A stretch of 64,000 nt of DNA from Octopus bimaculoides (lineage: Eukaryota), in the NCBI RefSeq assembly GCF_001194135.2, contig NC_068982.1:90137820-90201819 (forward strand), in the 5' to 3' direction. The notes below the pieces were generated by a model. That model saw only the letters and a list, made by a program, of their open reading frames with translations. It ran no database searches and had not been told where the DNA came from. Position numbers and translations under genes: made by a program. Positions 51,736 to 64,000 of the stretch are shown here, piece by piece (position 1 is the first letter of the stretch; every line of letters starts with the position of its first letter).

Positions 51736-52235
51736 TATGTATGTATGAGTATAGCGGAAAAATTATACAAAATGTATAACACAGGTCGAAACGTGTTGCA
51801 CTAAATAAAGTCTAATAGACATTACATCTCTTATTTATACTCAATCTATACTCGGGTGCGCGACGTGTGGATGTTTCTTTGTTTGAGGTACTGGATTTAG
51901 CAGTTTTGTATTCAATCAGGCTAGACCAGTTCTTCGAAAAATTTATTTTTTGAGGCCCCTTTACAAAACAAATCAGAGGGATGATAGCCATTAGGCTTTC
52001 AATAAAGCTACTAGAATGCTTGGTCTTTCTTTACGACTATTAATGTTTATTTGCAAATTACCAGTGAGCAGAATCATCAAATATTTAATTATCTATTGAT
52101 ATCCAGTATGTACAGTTCACCAGAGTGTTTCATAAAGGCTAAATATGCCATTATTTTTTAAAATGCTTTCCCGTTTAGTTATAATTCAATGACGATACAA
52201 TGAAAAGGATTGGTTTTCTGGTCATTTTTATTGTT

Positions 52236-52266
<31 letters not shown>

Positions 52267-52805
52267 TTGTTGTTGTTGTTGTTGTTGTTGCTGATGATGA
52301 TGCTATTGTTCTTGCTGCTTAACTCCAGTTCAGCTTTGATAGAGTAGAGCTATCAAATGAAGCGTTAGAACAATGGCTATCACGTGTTAACACATAATGT
52401 GATTACGACAATATCATGTAGTGACTCTTCCTTTTTGTTTTCTTGTGGTTGTTTTTTAACAAAGTAGATTCTTATAAGACGGACATTCGTCTACCATATT
52501 TTAGCAGAGCAAGCGGTCAAATGGGTTTCTCTTTCGCTTGTTCGTACCGACTTAGTCTTCAGAATTGTTTTTCGGGATTATTCGCTGTTTATTCAACGGA
52601 GTATAATTCTGTATTAACTAGACCTTGTAAAATACTAGTGGTTAATTTTCTTTGATAAAAACTTGTAAAATTTCAGTCATTATCTTCTGAAATATCATTA
52701 AATCGCACTGTAATCAAACTAGGAAGCTGCTATTTAATTAATATAATAATATTTAAGGATACTTATCTCGTACTTTAGTCCAGTATAATATTAAATTTAT
52801 GAACA

Positions 52806-52847
<42 letters not shown>

Positions 52848-55334
52848 NNNNNNNNNNNNNNNNNNNNNNNNNNNNNNNNNNNNNNNNNNNNNNNNNNNNN
52901 NNNNNNNNNNNNNNNNNNNNNNNNNNNNNNNNNNNNNNNNNNNNNNNNNNNNNNNNNNNNNNNNNNNNNNNNNNNNNNNNNNNNNNNNNNNNNNNNNNNN
53001 NNNNNNNNNNNNNNNTGTGTGTGTGTGTGTGCGTAAACAACACATGTAAATATTCATATTCTGTCTCTCTTTTACTAGTTTCAGCTTGGTTGAATGAGCT
53101 ATAAGAAAATTGACTCTGCTAAAAGAATTGAGTTGTTTCATCAGTAAATCTTTGTGGTTGGTTGTAACACTTTAAATTAACAACCCTAAATTTAACACAT
53201 ACACACACAAACACACACACACAAGCACACATACACAAACACGTATACATTCTTGCTCCCTCTTCCTTTCCCTCTCTCTCACACACATGTACATACACAT
53301 ACATACATAATAATACAGTAAAAAGGATTAACGTTCTAAATCTGTGATTTTCATGATTAACTTTGTTGGCCTGCAACTTCGTAGTTACAGAACAATAGTT
53401 ATTGCTAGCTATTATATTTCAAGAAACATCCTTACTCTATATAACATATCGAGTGCTCTCTACATCCTTCCAAAATCACTTGCACAACGCTATACAGGTA
53501 CACATACGCATATATATATATATATATATATATATACGTGCACACACAAACACACACACACTCATGCACGCTTCGCATACATACATACACAAACACACAT
53601 ACATGTAAAGGCGTCCTAATGAATATGTTTGATATGGTCACGTTATGTTCCTCGGATAATATACTTAGTGTTCTTCAGATACATCCTCTAACATTATACT
53701 TCAGTTCTACGCCTATAATTCCATTAGTGTATACGTTTAGAGTTACTTAATGAATGCCTTTGTGCGTTTTTTTGAAGTTAACTTGGCATGTGATGATCCA
53801 CCCGTTTGACTAGATATTATTTTTATCTTAGTCTTTTACTTTGTTGATTCAGCCATGTTTTTTTCCTCTTCTTGCAACATATTCAGTTATTTATTTGATT
53901 TATTGGATATTTTTATGATATGTTTATTTGTGCATTACCTTAAGATAAAATATATTTATCAGTTTATTATTATAATATACCATTATGATATTTCAAATTA
54001 CTTGTCACGAATCAAGTTTACTACCCTGTTCCAATTCGTTGTAGGAACTATTTTACTTAGAGCATTAATACCGTTACAAATGGCATGAACACAATTTTCT
54101 ACTCAGCTGTCCTACAATTCCGCCATTAAAATGTGTTTTATTACATCCATTATCCTTCTAGTTATATTTCACTGTCATCAACTTTCCTTCTGTCACTTTC
54201 TCCGTTGTATATCAGTAAAATTGGTGATGTCCATGCCATAACGAACTGGTTTAACTTGATAATAAACATTGCTTATATATGATCACCGATTCAGGTCACT
54301 ATTTGAAAAATTCTCTTCTCCAACATAACTTATAGTGGTAAATTAAAAGCAGTTTGACTACACTAAATAAATGATCGATAAAACGTGATGAATGAAGCAC
54401 TAAATGGATGCCACCTAAGTGTGGAAAGATCAATGATCAACCAAATTTGTGATAAAACCCTATACATATGCTATTAAGGCATTTCCAGCCTTTTCTAACA
54501 GTCTATTTGCTGTGGTGTGGACTACAGAAATCATTGTAAAATGACATTTCTCTAAGCTATATTATCCTTATATTTTGTTGATATAAAGATATATCATTGT
54601 ATTTGGTTGCTACCACTCAAACTGTTTACAAAATGATATCGTATTAAGGCTTGAAGCTTTAAAACAAATATTGTAAGTTTATTTGCTAAAAGATACCACA
54701 CAGTTCTTGGTGAGGAATTGAGTCAAGGACCAGGTCGCAGCTGTGCGATAAAAAGTTTGAGGCCTTATGAAATAAATTTTAATTCAAATGAATTTAAAAG
54801 CTTTGAAGTTGTATATAGTTCTTTAATGATATAAATACTAAATTTAGTATATTTTTATATAAATTGAATTTGAGACTTTTGACGTATCATGGCATTACTC
54901 ACCACATTACTCACATTACTCATCACATAACTTAATAGAGATCGTTTTATGAAAAATTATCCTTGCTCTAAAACATTCAATAAATATTGTGAGAAAATAT
55001 TTATAGTCTTAACAAGGAACAAACTTTCCATATATAAAAGATCATATTGATGTAACATGTCGGAAATATATTTCTAAGCGCAATACAGCTACAGAGGACT
55101 ATTAAAATGTAGTAACGGACTTCGTTCATCGAAATTCACTTCTTATTGCACATAGAGATCACCTGAACGTTTTTGTTCAGATTTCTCGACCGAGGGACAA
55201 CGCTATAACTCTGCAAGTTAATCGGCCATTTATACTGACTCCACTACTGCATTATATACTTCCTAATGGAAGAATACAGTACAAGGAGTGGCAATACGTT
55301 AGACTCTCAACTGATTCTACAGTCCAACTTAATA

Positions 55335-55520
55335 ATAATTGCTTCTAGATTAGGCACAAAACTAGAGACGCTGTGGGGAGGGTTTAGTCGATGCTATCGA
55401 CGACGGTGCTTGACTGGTGCTTTATTTTAGCGTCCCCAAAAGAATAAGACATCGAACTTGTCCTTGCTTCAATTCAGAACATAAAATTCCGGAAGAAATA
55501 ACGAAGCGCTAAGTATTCTG
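55335..55520 (-). mobile_element. SINE family A, diverged
   Basis: GATTAGGCACAA...TTAGTCGATGCTATCGAC...GACTGGTGCTT...TCAGAACATAAA. Confidence 0.55.
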
Positions 55521-55534
55521 CAAATCAATCACCC

Positions 55535-55780
<246 letters not shown>

Positions 55781-56260
55781 GAGAGACGGGAAGAGGCAAC
55801 CTTGCCGGACCGAGCGCATGATGTGGTACGGCTCTGAGAGGTGACCGTTCACACTGACCACTGAACAGATGTCGCTGTTCACAGCGATCCAGCCCCTAAA
55901 TACAGACCCAAAACCAGCTACCTTTAGGACCGCCGCCAGGTATAGATGGTCGACCCTATAGAAAGCTTTGGACTGATCTATATTGATCAGGTCCCCACAC
56001 GTGTCAGGTTGATATGAGGTGGAGGTTGTCGTGGATGGATCTCTTCGGGATGGCATATGGTTGTCCCTCACCTAACAGATCCACGATGACAAGCGCCAAT
56101 CTCAACTAACACCTTGGCCAAAATTTTGAACTCTGCATTCAGTAGAGTTATGGGCCTAAATTTGCCAATACAATTCCCCTTGTTCGGGCATTTTCTGAGC
56201 AACCCCACCGCTCAGCGACTCACAAAACAGGAAATTTTCCCAATCACCCAGTAACAATAA
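55781..56260 (-). pseudogene. L1/Tx1-clade reverse transcriptase fragment
   Basis: Minus-strand peptides FRPITLLNAEFKILAKVL, LINIDQSKAFYRVDHLYLAAVLKVAGFG and VSVNGHLSEP..RSVRQGC match Tx1 RT domains 1-4. Confidence 0.85.
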
Positions 56261-56489
56261 TGTGAAATATTATTGTTAAAAATGATGACTTGCAAAAATG
56301 GTGAATTTTTTTCCTGCAAAGATTCTATATATTCAGAAAAAATATTTCTTTTATTGTCTATAATAACTAACGCAATTTGTTGAAGATTACTCAAAACGAA
56401 CTTAGCCGTTTGATTCGCAATGTATGTTTCAATGAACTATTAGCAATGTGCTTCAGTTCTTTCAGTGATGCCTGTGCCTTCATTCCTAT

Positions 56490-56575
56490 ACTCTTATCCA
56501 ACAAGAGAATTTCTGTTCATCAAGGTGATGTGCTAGGACCAATACTGCTTTGTTATTTGAATGATAATTATTGGA
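56490..56575 (+). pseudogene. Very short CR1/L2-like RT remnant
   Basis: VHQGDVLGPILLCYLND resembles the VPQGSVLGPxLFxxYIND motif. Confidence 0.35.
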
Positions 56576-57824
56576 AATATCTTTAATATGGATTACTGTT
56601 AATTCTTACCTGAACCATAAAAATACATAACTTAGTTCTGAAACGAGCGTTCAATAGGAAATATTTCTTTAATTTGAAATGTGGCATATATCCAGGAACA
56701 TAAATGTAATGAAACTATATAACCGACTTTGTTTTTTGAGAGTCAAACATAATTGTGAATCAATCGACATTGTGGTGAATGATTGGTATTGCTGCTGTTG
56801 TGTAGTCTAATGTCAGCTTTGATCGACCAGAGCTATAGCATGCAAGTGAGTCGACCAAGTTGCTAGGCGCGATATTCTGATAAACTGCAGTTTTGCTCCG
56901 AGTCGAGAACTGTGCACCGACATGTAATAGTTTATCACAAAGAGTTCTCTGTTGTTTTGCACAAATGCTCTACCCTCTCTGTAATCCATTTTATGTACGT
57001 CTACTATTCTTTTTTCTGCTGTTGTTTACCCAGCATATGAAATGTATTGAAACAGACTTATAACTGAAGGCTTTTCAGTCACGCCTTTTTTCCCAATACA
57101 TTCTAGCTGATGTGTCCTTCAGGTTTTATGGCTGTTGGGTAAATGATTTCTAGCATTGACGCAAAATCCCACATTTGGTTGGGGGAAGGCTACAATTGAT
57201 TAAATCGACCTCAGTATATTACTGCTATTTCTTCTCTCGACCATATAAATTTTCGTTAATAGATTTTGAGCTGAGAACGTTTAATTACATGCATAAATAT
57301 TATTGAAGTAGAGTTTATCCGGCTTTTTACCAAATACACCATTCACTAAACTGAGTGACGCTGATGCAACCCAGTCTTGACGAATCTCCAACCTGGCCAG
57401 CCAACGCGTTATAAACAAATAACAACCAGATTGTCTTCAAATCACACCCTGCAACCTTTAAAGGGAACATCTTGGATATTGTATTCTGAGTCTAACAATG
57501 CTAAAACGAAAATAGACAAGATAATCGGGTTTGGAATATCTTTGATTAGCATTGATCAGTTTAGTTAGGACTGGTATGGAACTAAACAACAGCAACAATA
57601 ACACAGGTAAAGAAAATAGTAAATACAATTTTGTAAAATCACTGGAAGATTTTCTCGTCTTTCAGAATACAATTACTCTGTATATCCTATGATTCCAAGA
57701 CTTACTTTTACTACATCAATTAACCTGTAAAGATAATCACCTCTTTTCTTTCTTTCTTTACATGTACAATTAAATTATATGTGTAAGTTACCAAAAAATT
57801 CTTAAACGGTGAGCTGAGTTACTA

Positions 57825-58080
57825 GCAGTGGGGGTAGACAGCATAGTGTCTAGAGTGCTGCACTCACGATCGCAAGACTGTGGTTTCAATTCCTCGACTT
57901 GGCAGTGCGTTGTGTTCTGTGGAGAACACTTTATTTCACTTTGCTCCAATCCAATCAGCCACTCAGAATAGTAACCCTGCGAGGGACTGGCGTCCCATCC
58001 AGGGGAAATCTTCTGATTATGGTCATTTGTTCGCTATGAAGACCTAGTAACCGTTCTGATGGGTCCTACGACACGAAGCT
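57825..58080 (+). mobile_element. tRNA-derived SINE, family D
   Basis: A-box-like AGCATAGTGTCTAG, B-box-like GGTTTCAATTCC, then GCGTTGTGTTC...ACACTTTATTTCAC core, which is also seen reversed at 63940-63990. Confidence 0.6.
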
Positions 58081-59888
58081 GGGATGCCCAAGGGTTGATG
58101 ATTATGACATACTGATTAGCTCTTCCATTTTGCCAATGACAATCTGGAAGTGAAGTTGAAGATTTCAAAATGAAAAACCGTACCGTTGATCCACTTCTTA
58201 TTTATCAGTAGTCCTGCAATCACGTATGTTAAACGTGCACAAAAACTGGTTTGTTCATTGATACCACACACGAGAAAAAGAGAATATGATGCTAGCCACA
58301 TGAGCAACAAGGGAAAAAAGAGACAAACACATGCATTTCAAGGAAGGAAACACTAGGTTTACATTGGTTTTTACTCTAATCATAATTGGTTATATATTCC
58401 TCTCGCTATTCAGTCGTCTCCATAATGAGAGCATAAGCAAACAAAAGATAACGACGGCACCAGAGTTAGTACTGAAACGAAAAACAACATCCATTATCAT
58501 CACATCTGCAATTACTATCAGTCATCATCATCATTACCATTAGCATTAATATCAACTTTATCGTCCTTGTCAATGTAACAATCTCTTTACTATGTATCAC
58601 TATTAAATTCTTCTATTTCTAAGTAAACTCGCTATAAACATTTGCTGACACATCATGCTGTTGAACCGATCAACCAGTATTTATTATATTAAACATAAAA
58701 TACACTAGAAAGGCCTATCGCTTTAGCATACTATATCAAAAGCGATGTGTATCTGCTATGAGAGAACAATTACAATTTTTTTAAACTCTGGAAATCTCTA
58801 AAATGACGCTATTTAGAACTGAAGTCAAAGCTATTCTGTTGCTTTATCTAGTTCTCTATGTCCATCGTCTTAAATTATCCATTGACAGGAAATTCACCCA
58901 TTTTAAGACCTTTTGTATTCACTTGAATAATTTTATATTCACTTGAAAGCAATAAAGTGTCAGCTACATATATCTGCTGAATTACAGTACACCGCTCTTG
59001 CCTCACCCTCTCTTTCACTATACGTATACATACACATGAATGTGTGTATGTGTGTGTGTAACACATACACACACCCACATATGTCCATATACATATATAC
59101 ATACATAACTATATCTATATCTATCTATCTATATATATATATATATATATATATNNNNNNNNNNNNNNNNNNNNNNNNNNNNNNNNNNNNNNNNNNNNNN
59201 NNNNNNNNNNNNNNNNNNNNNNNNNNNNNNNNNNNNNNNNNNNNNNNNNNNNNNNNNNNNNNNNNNNNNNNNNNNNNNNNNNNNNNNNNNNNNNNNNNNN
59301 NNNNNNNNNNNNNNNNNGAGAGAGAGGAGGAAGGGAAGAACAGAGAAAGAGAGATCCAGATAGGAGGCACACACTTATCAATCTTTGCAGTGAATCAGTC
59401 ATAGAAATACCATTCAATAACACATGTTGAATTTGCCTTCTGACATGTGGTTACGTTTCCCTTTATATCATGGATTCACAGCTACAGCATATTCTCGAGT
59501 AGATGATGAATACAAGATATATTAAAAACATTCACGACTACTTACAAATGCGTGTATGTGTTTCCACGCCTTTTTACACATAAACACATACATATAGTGG
59601 GTGCATAAGACACACACATGTGTACGTACATATGTATATATGCCTTATGTATGTATGTATGTACGTATGTATGTATGTATGTATGTATGTATATGTATGT
59701 ATGTACATGTATACGTGTATAATAGTACAACAATATATTAATGTATATGTACATAATGATAGAATATATTAATATGCATATAACACTATAATAATGTATT
59801 AATATATATATAAATATAAAATGATATAATAATATATCAATATATATGTATGTATATACGTACATATATATGTGTATGTGTGTGTGCA

Positions 59889-59919
<31 letters not shown>

Positions 59920-60146
59920 GTAAGTGTGCATATGAATACGTTTAAAAATCTAGCTTCCTTACATTTATCTTTTCCGTTGTCGAAACTTACCCCCAAGGTT
60001 TTAGTGAGAATTCTTTCTCGTTTATCATACACTACACAACATATTCATTTGTTTTGGTTAGATGATATAAAATATCTCTCACTTCAATCACTCTAATACA
60101 GTCATTATCTTTCAGTATCACTTACACACACACACACACACACACA

Positions 60147-60177
<31 letters not shown>

Positions 60178-60187
60178 NNNNNNNNNN

Positions 60188-60244
<57 letters not shown>

Positions 60245-60907
60245 ATATATATATACACACACACACACGTTCACATATATAGTTCGTACATATGCACCCT
60301 TTATATAAATATATAGACACACATACATACATATATACTTAGATACACACATACACATATATATATATACATACAAGCATGCATACATACATACATACAT
60401 ACATACATACATACACACATACATACATACATACATACATACATACGCACGTCTGTAACGATTAGCGTAGGATACTGCAGAAATTCCTGATGAGGATATC
60501 ATGACTAGTAATTGAATGCTTGATATCAAAATCGGTAGGTTTTACTATACGATAGTCAAAAGAACTAGTGCATATTAATGAACACTAAATACTAAATAGC
60601 GTTCAATTCACATTATGGAGGATGCTGGCTGTGGTGCATTTTCTGTACTTGAATTGATATTTAAGATTTGGATCATATTTGGCATGGTTGGCAGCGCTTG
60701 CATTTCTTTCCCCTTATTCCTGCTCAGTTTCCTCCATACTCGCTAAAAGTATATCGTCGTTCACTGGATTTGTCTTCTTAATATCTACCCAACTTTAGCT
60801 TAAATACTAAAGAATGGCTACTTGTCTATCAGAAAATTTGTGGTTTCTGTTGCCAGTTTTCGACAGAAGAAACATTTTCGGTACATACACGCTAAACTGC
60901 TTTTCTG

Positions 60908-62176
60908 TACGAGTTGGGCTGAAAAGTTGATAGGCTGACTGCATAAGAGTGATACCAGAGCTGTGAAATCTAGCATGCGTTAATTCCAGCCCTTCTTATT
61001 ACTAACTGAATTGTTTCTCTCTAGATAAACTGACTGTTCAAAGAAGACTTTAAAAGTAAGTAGAAGCGATTATCCTTGAAAATCGAAAAAATTTGACATC
61101 ATGATATTAAGTACCTGCAGAAAAAGGCTTTAACTCCCAAAGGCATTCATGCTGCTATGGTTGCTACTTTAGGGAATGATGCTTCGGGTTTCTCAGCAGT
61201 GCAAAAGTGGGCAGCTGAATTTTGGTGGGGAATGGAGTGCCTTGAAGATGACCCAATGTCTGGACGTCCTGAAACTGCCATCACCGAGGAAATCATTGAT
61301 CGTGTTCACCACATGGTGGTGGATGACAGGCTATTGACTATAAATCAAATAGTCAATACTATTAGCATATCCATTGAGAGAGTTGAGAATATTCTGTTCA
61401 ATAATCTTGTTATGACGAAGGCTTCTGCTCGGTGGGTCCTACGTCTTCTGACACTTGATCAAAAGCGCATCAGGTTGATCACATCACGGGAGAATCTGAC
61501 TTTGCTTGAGGCAGATCCATCTGGTTTCTTTCAAAGTTTCCTTACCCAGAATAAGTGTTGTCCTCATCACTTCAAGCCAGTGACAAAGAAACAATCGGTG
61601 CAATGAAAACACCACTCCTCACCTGTTTTAAAGAAGGTCAATGTCTTCTCATCTACAGGGAAGATGATGACCTGTTTTGAGGGATGCAAAAGGCATTGTG
61701 TTTATTGACCCCCCTGAAAAGGGTCACACCATTAATGGAGTGCACTATGCTAACACAGTGACGAAAGGTTATCACGACCAAACACCCAAAGAAACTGACG
61801 AAATGGGTATTGTTCCATCAGAAAAATTCTCCCGCACAGAAGTGGTTAATTTCAGTGGTTGTAATGTGTGACTGTGGCTTTGAACTGGTTAATCACCCTC
61901 CACATTCTCCTGATTTGTCCCCATCTGATTATCATCTGTTCCTCAACATGGAAAAACACTGTCTGGGAACCTGTATCGCAGTGATGATGACATCATAGCT
62001 GCCGTTGATGATTTCTTTTTCCAACAAGATGAAAGTATCTTCTTAGGATCCAAGCGCTGCAACACAAATAGAAGAAGTGTATGAACAGTAAAGAGGACTG
62101 TGTTCAAACATAAACCACATCGTGTCACATTCCATGGGAGTATCTTGGTCAGCCTGTGAATTTTCAGCTTAATGTA
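60908..62176 (+). mobile_element. Full-length (~1.27 kb) mariner with inactivated transposase
   Basis: TIRs TACGAGTTGGGCTGAAAAGTTGATAGGCTGAC and GTCAGCCTGTGAATTTTCAGCTTAATGTA with TA ends. Motifs WVLRLLT (WVPxxL) and HPPHSPDLSPSDYHLF (YSPDLAPxD). Stop at 61604-61606, frameshifts, first two catalytic Asp positions mutated. Confidence 0.92.
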
Positions 62177-62269
62177 CTAAAGATTCCTCTGAAGATTGCA
62201 CTCGTAATTCTTTAAATTTATAGCTTCTGACATTCGGCCAAAAGATTCCTATTTAACATCAATCACCAA

Positions 62270-62800
62270 AGCATGGAAAAATAATTAAAGAACCACTAAG
62301 CATCAACTGCAGATCCTCCACCAAATCTTTAAAGACTTTTAACAAAGGAGATACTCAAATCAGAAGAAGAATTAATAGAGGTAGCAAAATGTGGAGAACT
62401 TCATTGAGGAACATATGTGAGTTGCACAATTCAAAACCAAAATTTCAAGAATGGGAAGGACTTGAAAGTTAATGTTTATATGAACTGCTAAAGAAAAACA
62501 AGATCACATTTACTGCAACACAAGCACAGAGTGCAATGAGATTTGTATCGACGAAACAGGATGGAAATCTATACTTGGAGTTAGAGCACATATGCAACAA
62601 ATCAATGATTTATCTCTTAGAAATGTTCCAAGTGCTGCACATCAAGATATTTTGCAAATGGAAAATGCAATATCTTCTCTTCTTTTCAAGATTAAGAAAG
62701 AAAATGATCTAACTACGAAAGGTAAAAGAGCAATGCTTACAAATATTCTAAATTCGAATTTAAACCGCCAAATCAACACTGCTAAAAGAAATTTTCCCTA
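62270..62800 (+). pseudogene. Penelope-like element C-terminal linker and GIY-YIG endonuclease remnant
   Basis: Across frameshifts: PPNL*RLLTK, KCG..GT, FKNGKDLKVNVYMNC, HIYC...EC.EICIDETG...VRAHMQQI, ending ILNSNLN. This is the typical PLE Cys-linker plus GIY-YIG layout. Confidence 0.6.
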
Positions 62801-63055
62801 TGCGGAATGGCCCTTTTCACGTATGTTTGAAATGCTAAAAACAGCAAAAAGCCCTTAATACAAATACGATAATTTCCTTCAAGAAGGTTTGTGTCATGAT
62901 ATCTTTTTAAGCATATCCTTCTTACACTTGAAAACATTCAATTTAATAAAATCATTCTTCAAATATAGAAACGGTATCTTTTCTAAAAATCATTTGATAT
63001 ATATACATGCGTGTAGGAGGATATATGTGTTAGTATTTGTATATGTGTATTTATA

Positions 63056-63147
<92 letters not shown>

Positions 63148-63175
63148 CTAAAGATATGTATATAGGTATGTGTAT

Positions 63176-63211
<36 letters not shown>

Positions 63212-63244
63212 GTGTCTCTCTATCTATCTATCTCTCTATCTATC

Positions 63245-63307
<63 letters not shown>

Positions 63308-63351
63308 ATATACACACACAGAGAAATGCATACACAAATACACACACATAC

Positions 63352-63780
63352 GCAGGAGGATGGAAAAGTAACGATAGTCTGAGACTATGATTTTCGGACG
63401 GATCGTGTAGTCGAAAACCGTTGGCTAGATATTGTCATATTGAATAAGAAAGACAAATACTGTCAGATCATTGATGTAACCACAAGAAATGATATGAATG
63501 TCTGGACTATGTACTCCGATATGAAAGTGGAAATGGCAAGACTGTATGGAATGCGAGAGGGTAATGTAAAAGTGACACTAGTGATGCTTCCAGGCTTCTT
63601 AAGGCAACTGGAAATCCCATGCAAGATTGATGTCTTACAGAAAGCAGCCTTATTGGGCACAGCCATTATCTGTCTAAGGTCCTTGTTGTGACTTGACAGA
63701 TGACTCGGGTGCATTTTTACCTACACTGTGTTACGAAGGAATGATGATGATGATGAAGAGGAGGAGGAGGAGGAGGAAGG
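63352..63780 (+). mobile_element. R4/Dong-like LINE 3' fragment, same subfamily as 18341-19750, ending in (GAT)n(GAG)n
   Basis: Near-identical DNA to 19345-19748 (GATATTGTCATATTGAATAAGAAAGACAAATACTGTCAGATCATTGATGTAAC; LQKAALLGTA). Confidence 0.85.
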
Positions 63781-63804
63781 ACCTTCCCGTCGAAGACAAA
63801 GTAT

Positions 63805-64000
63805 GAGTGTTCAGGTTTTGCTCTACGACCTGTATAATTGTATGTGCTGTACATTAGATCACTCCCTGCATCAAATCGTCATTGCCTGTACAGCTACACA
63901 AGTGTGCTGTAGCACTCTTTTTCGAAATGATCGCAGAGAATAAAGTGCTTTGCTCAAGAACACAACGCGTTGCTCGGTCTGTGATTCGAACCCATAATGT
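63805..64000 (-). mobile_element. SINE family D, cut by the window edge
   Basis: AGAATAAAGTGCTTTGCTCAAGAACACAACGC...GATTCGAACCC is the reverse complement of the core and B-box seen at 57885-57940. Confidence 0.55.

Noticed and set aside
51775-51800. GTCGAAACGTGTTG, resembling a hammerhead 3' half
   Set aside because: No upstream CUGANGA-type core, and G at the cleavage position.
57835-57900. tRNA-like A/B boxes (also in SINE families A and B)
   Set aside because: No complete cloverleaf; these are SINE heads, not tRNA genes.

Overview
AT-rich, repeat-dominated eukaryotic DNA with many microsatellites and 11 N-gaps, most of them sitting in (TA)n or (GA)n runs. The repeat content (several tRNA-derived SINE families, mariners, R4/Dong-like and RTE-like LINEs, Tx1, Penelope-like elements, a Helitron) suggests a short-read scaffold of a coleoid cephalopod such as Octopus; this is an inference. 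I found no confidently identifiable host gene, rRNA, tRNA gene or CRISPR array. The window looks intronic or intergenic, and most ORFs in the track are microsatellite or N artefacts or transposon debris. A few short candidate exons are reported at low confidence. The most interesting signals: (1) a minimal type I hammerhead ribozyme fold on the minus strand (11653-11699) with a swapped G3:C8 core pair and a palindromic stem III, inside a ~230-bp repeat; (2) a LINE 3' end with two intact C2H2 fingers, flanked by an apparent duplication in an (ATGT)n microsatellite; (3) several long fold-back elements that would form dsRNA; (4) a mariner derivative made of two inverted 5' ends, each carrying an RFX X-box; (5) tandem R4/Dong-like LINEs joined at a (GAA)n tract. 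All alignments and folds were done by eye and need computational confirmation.
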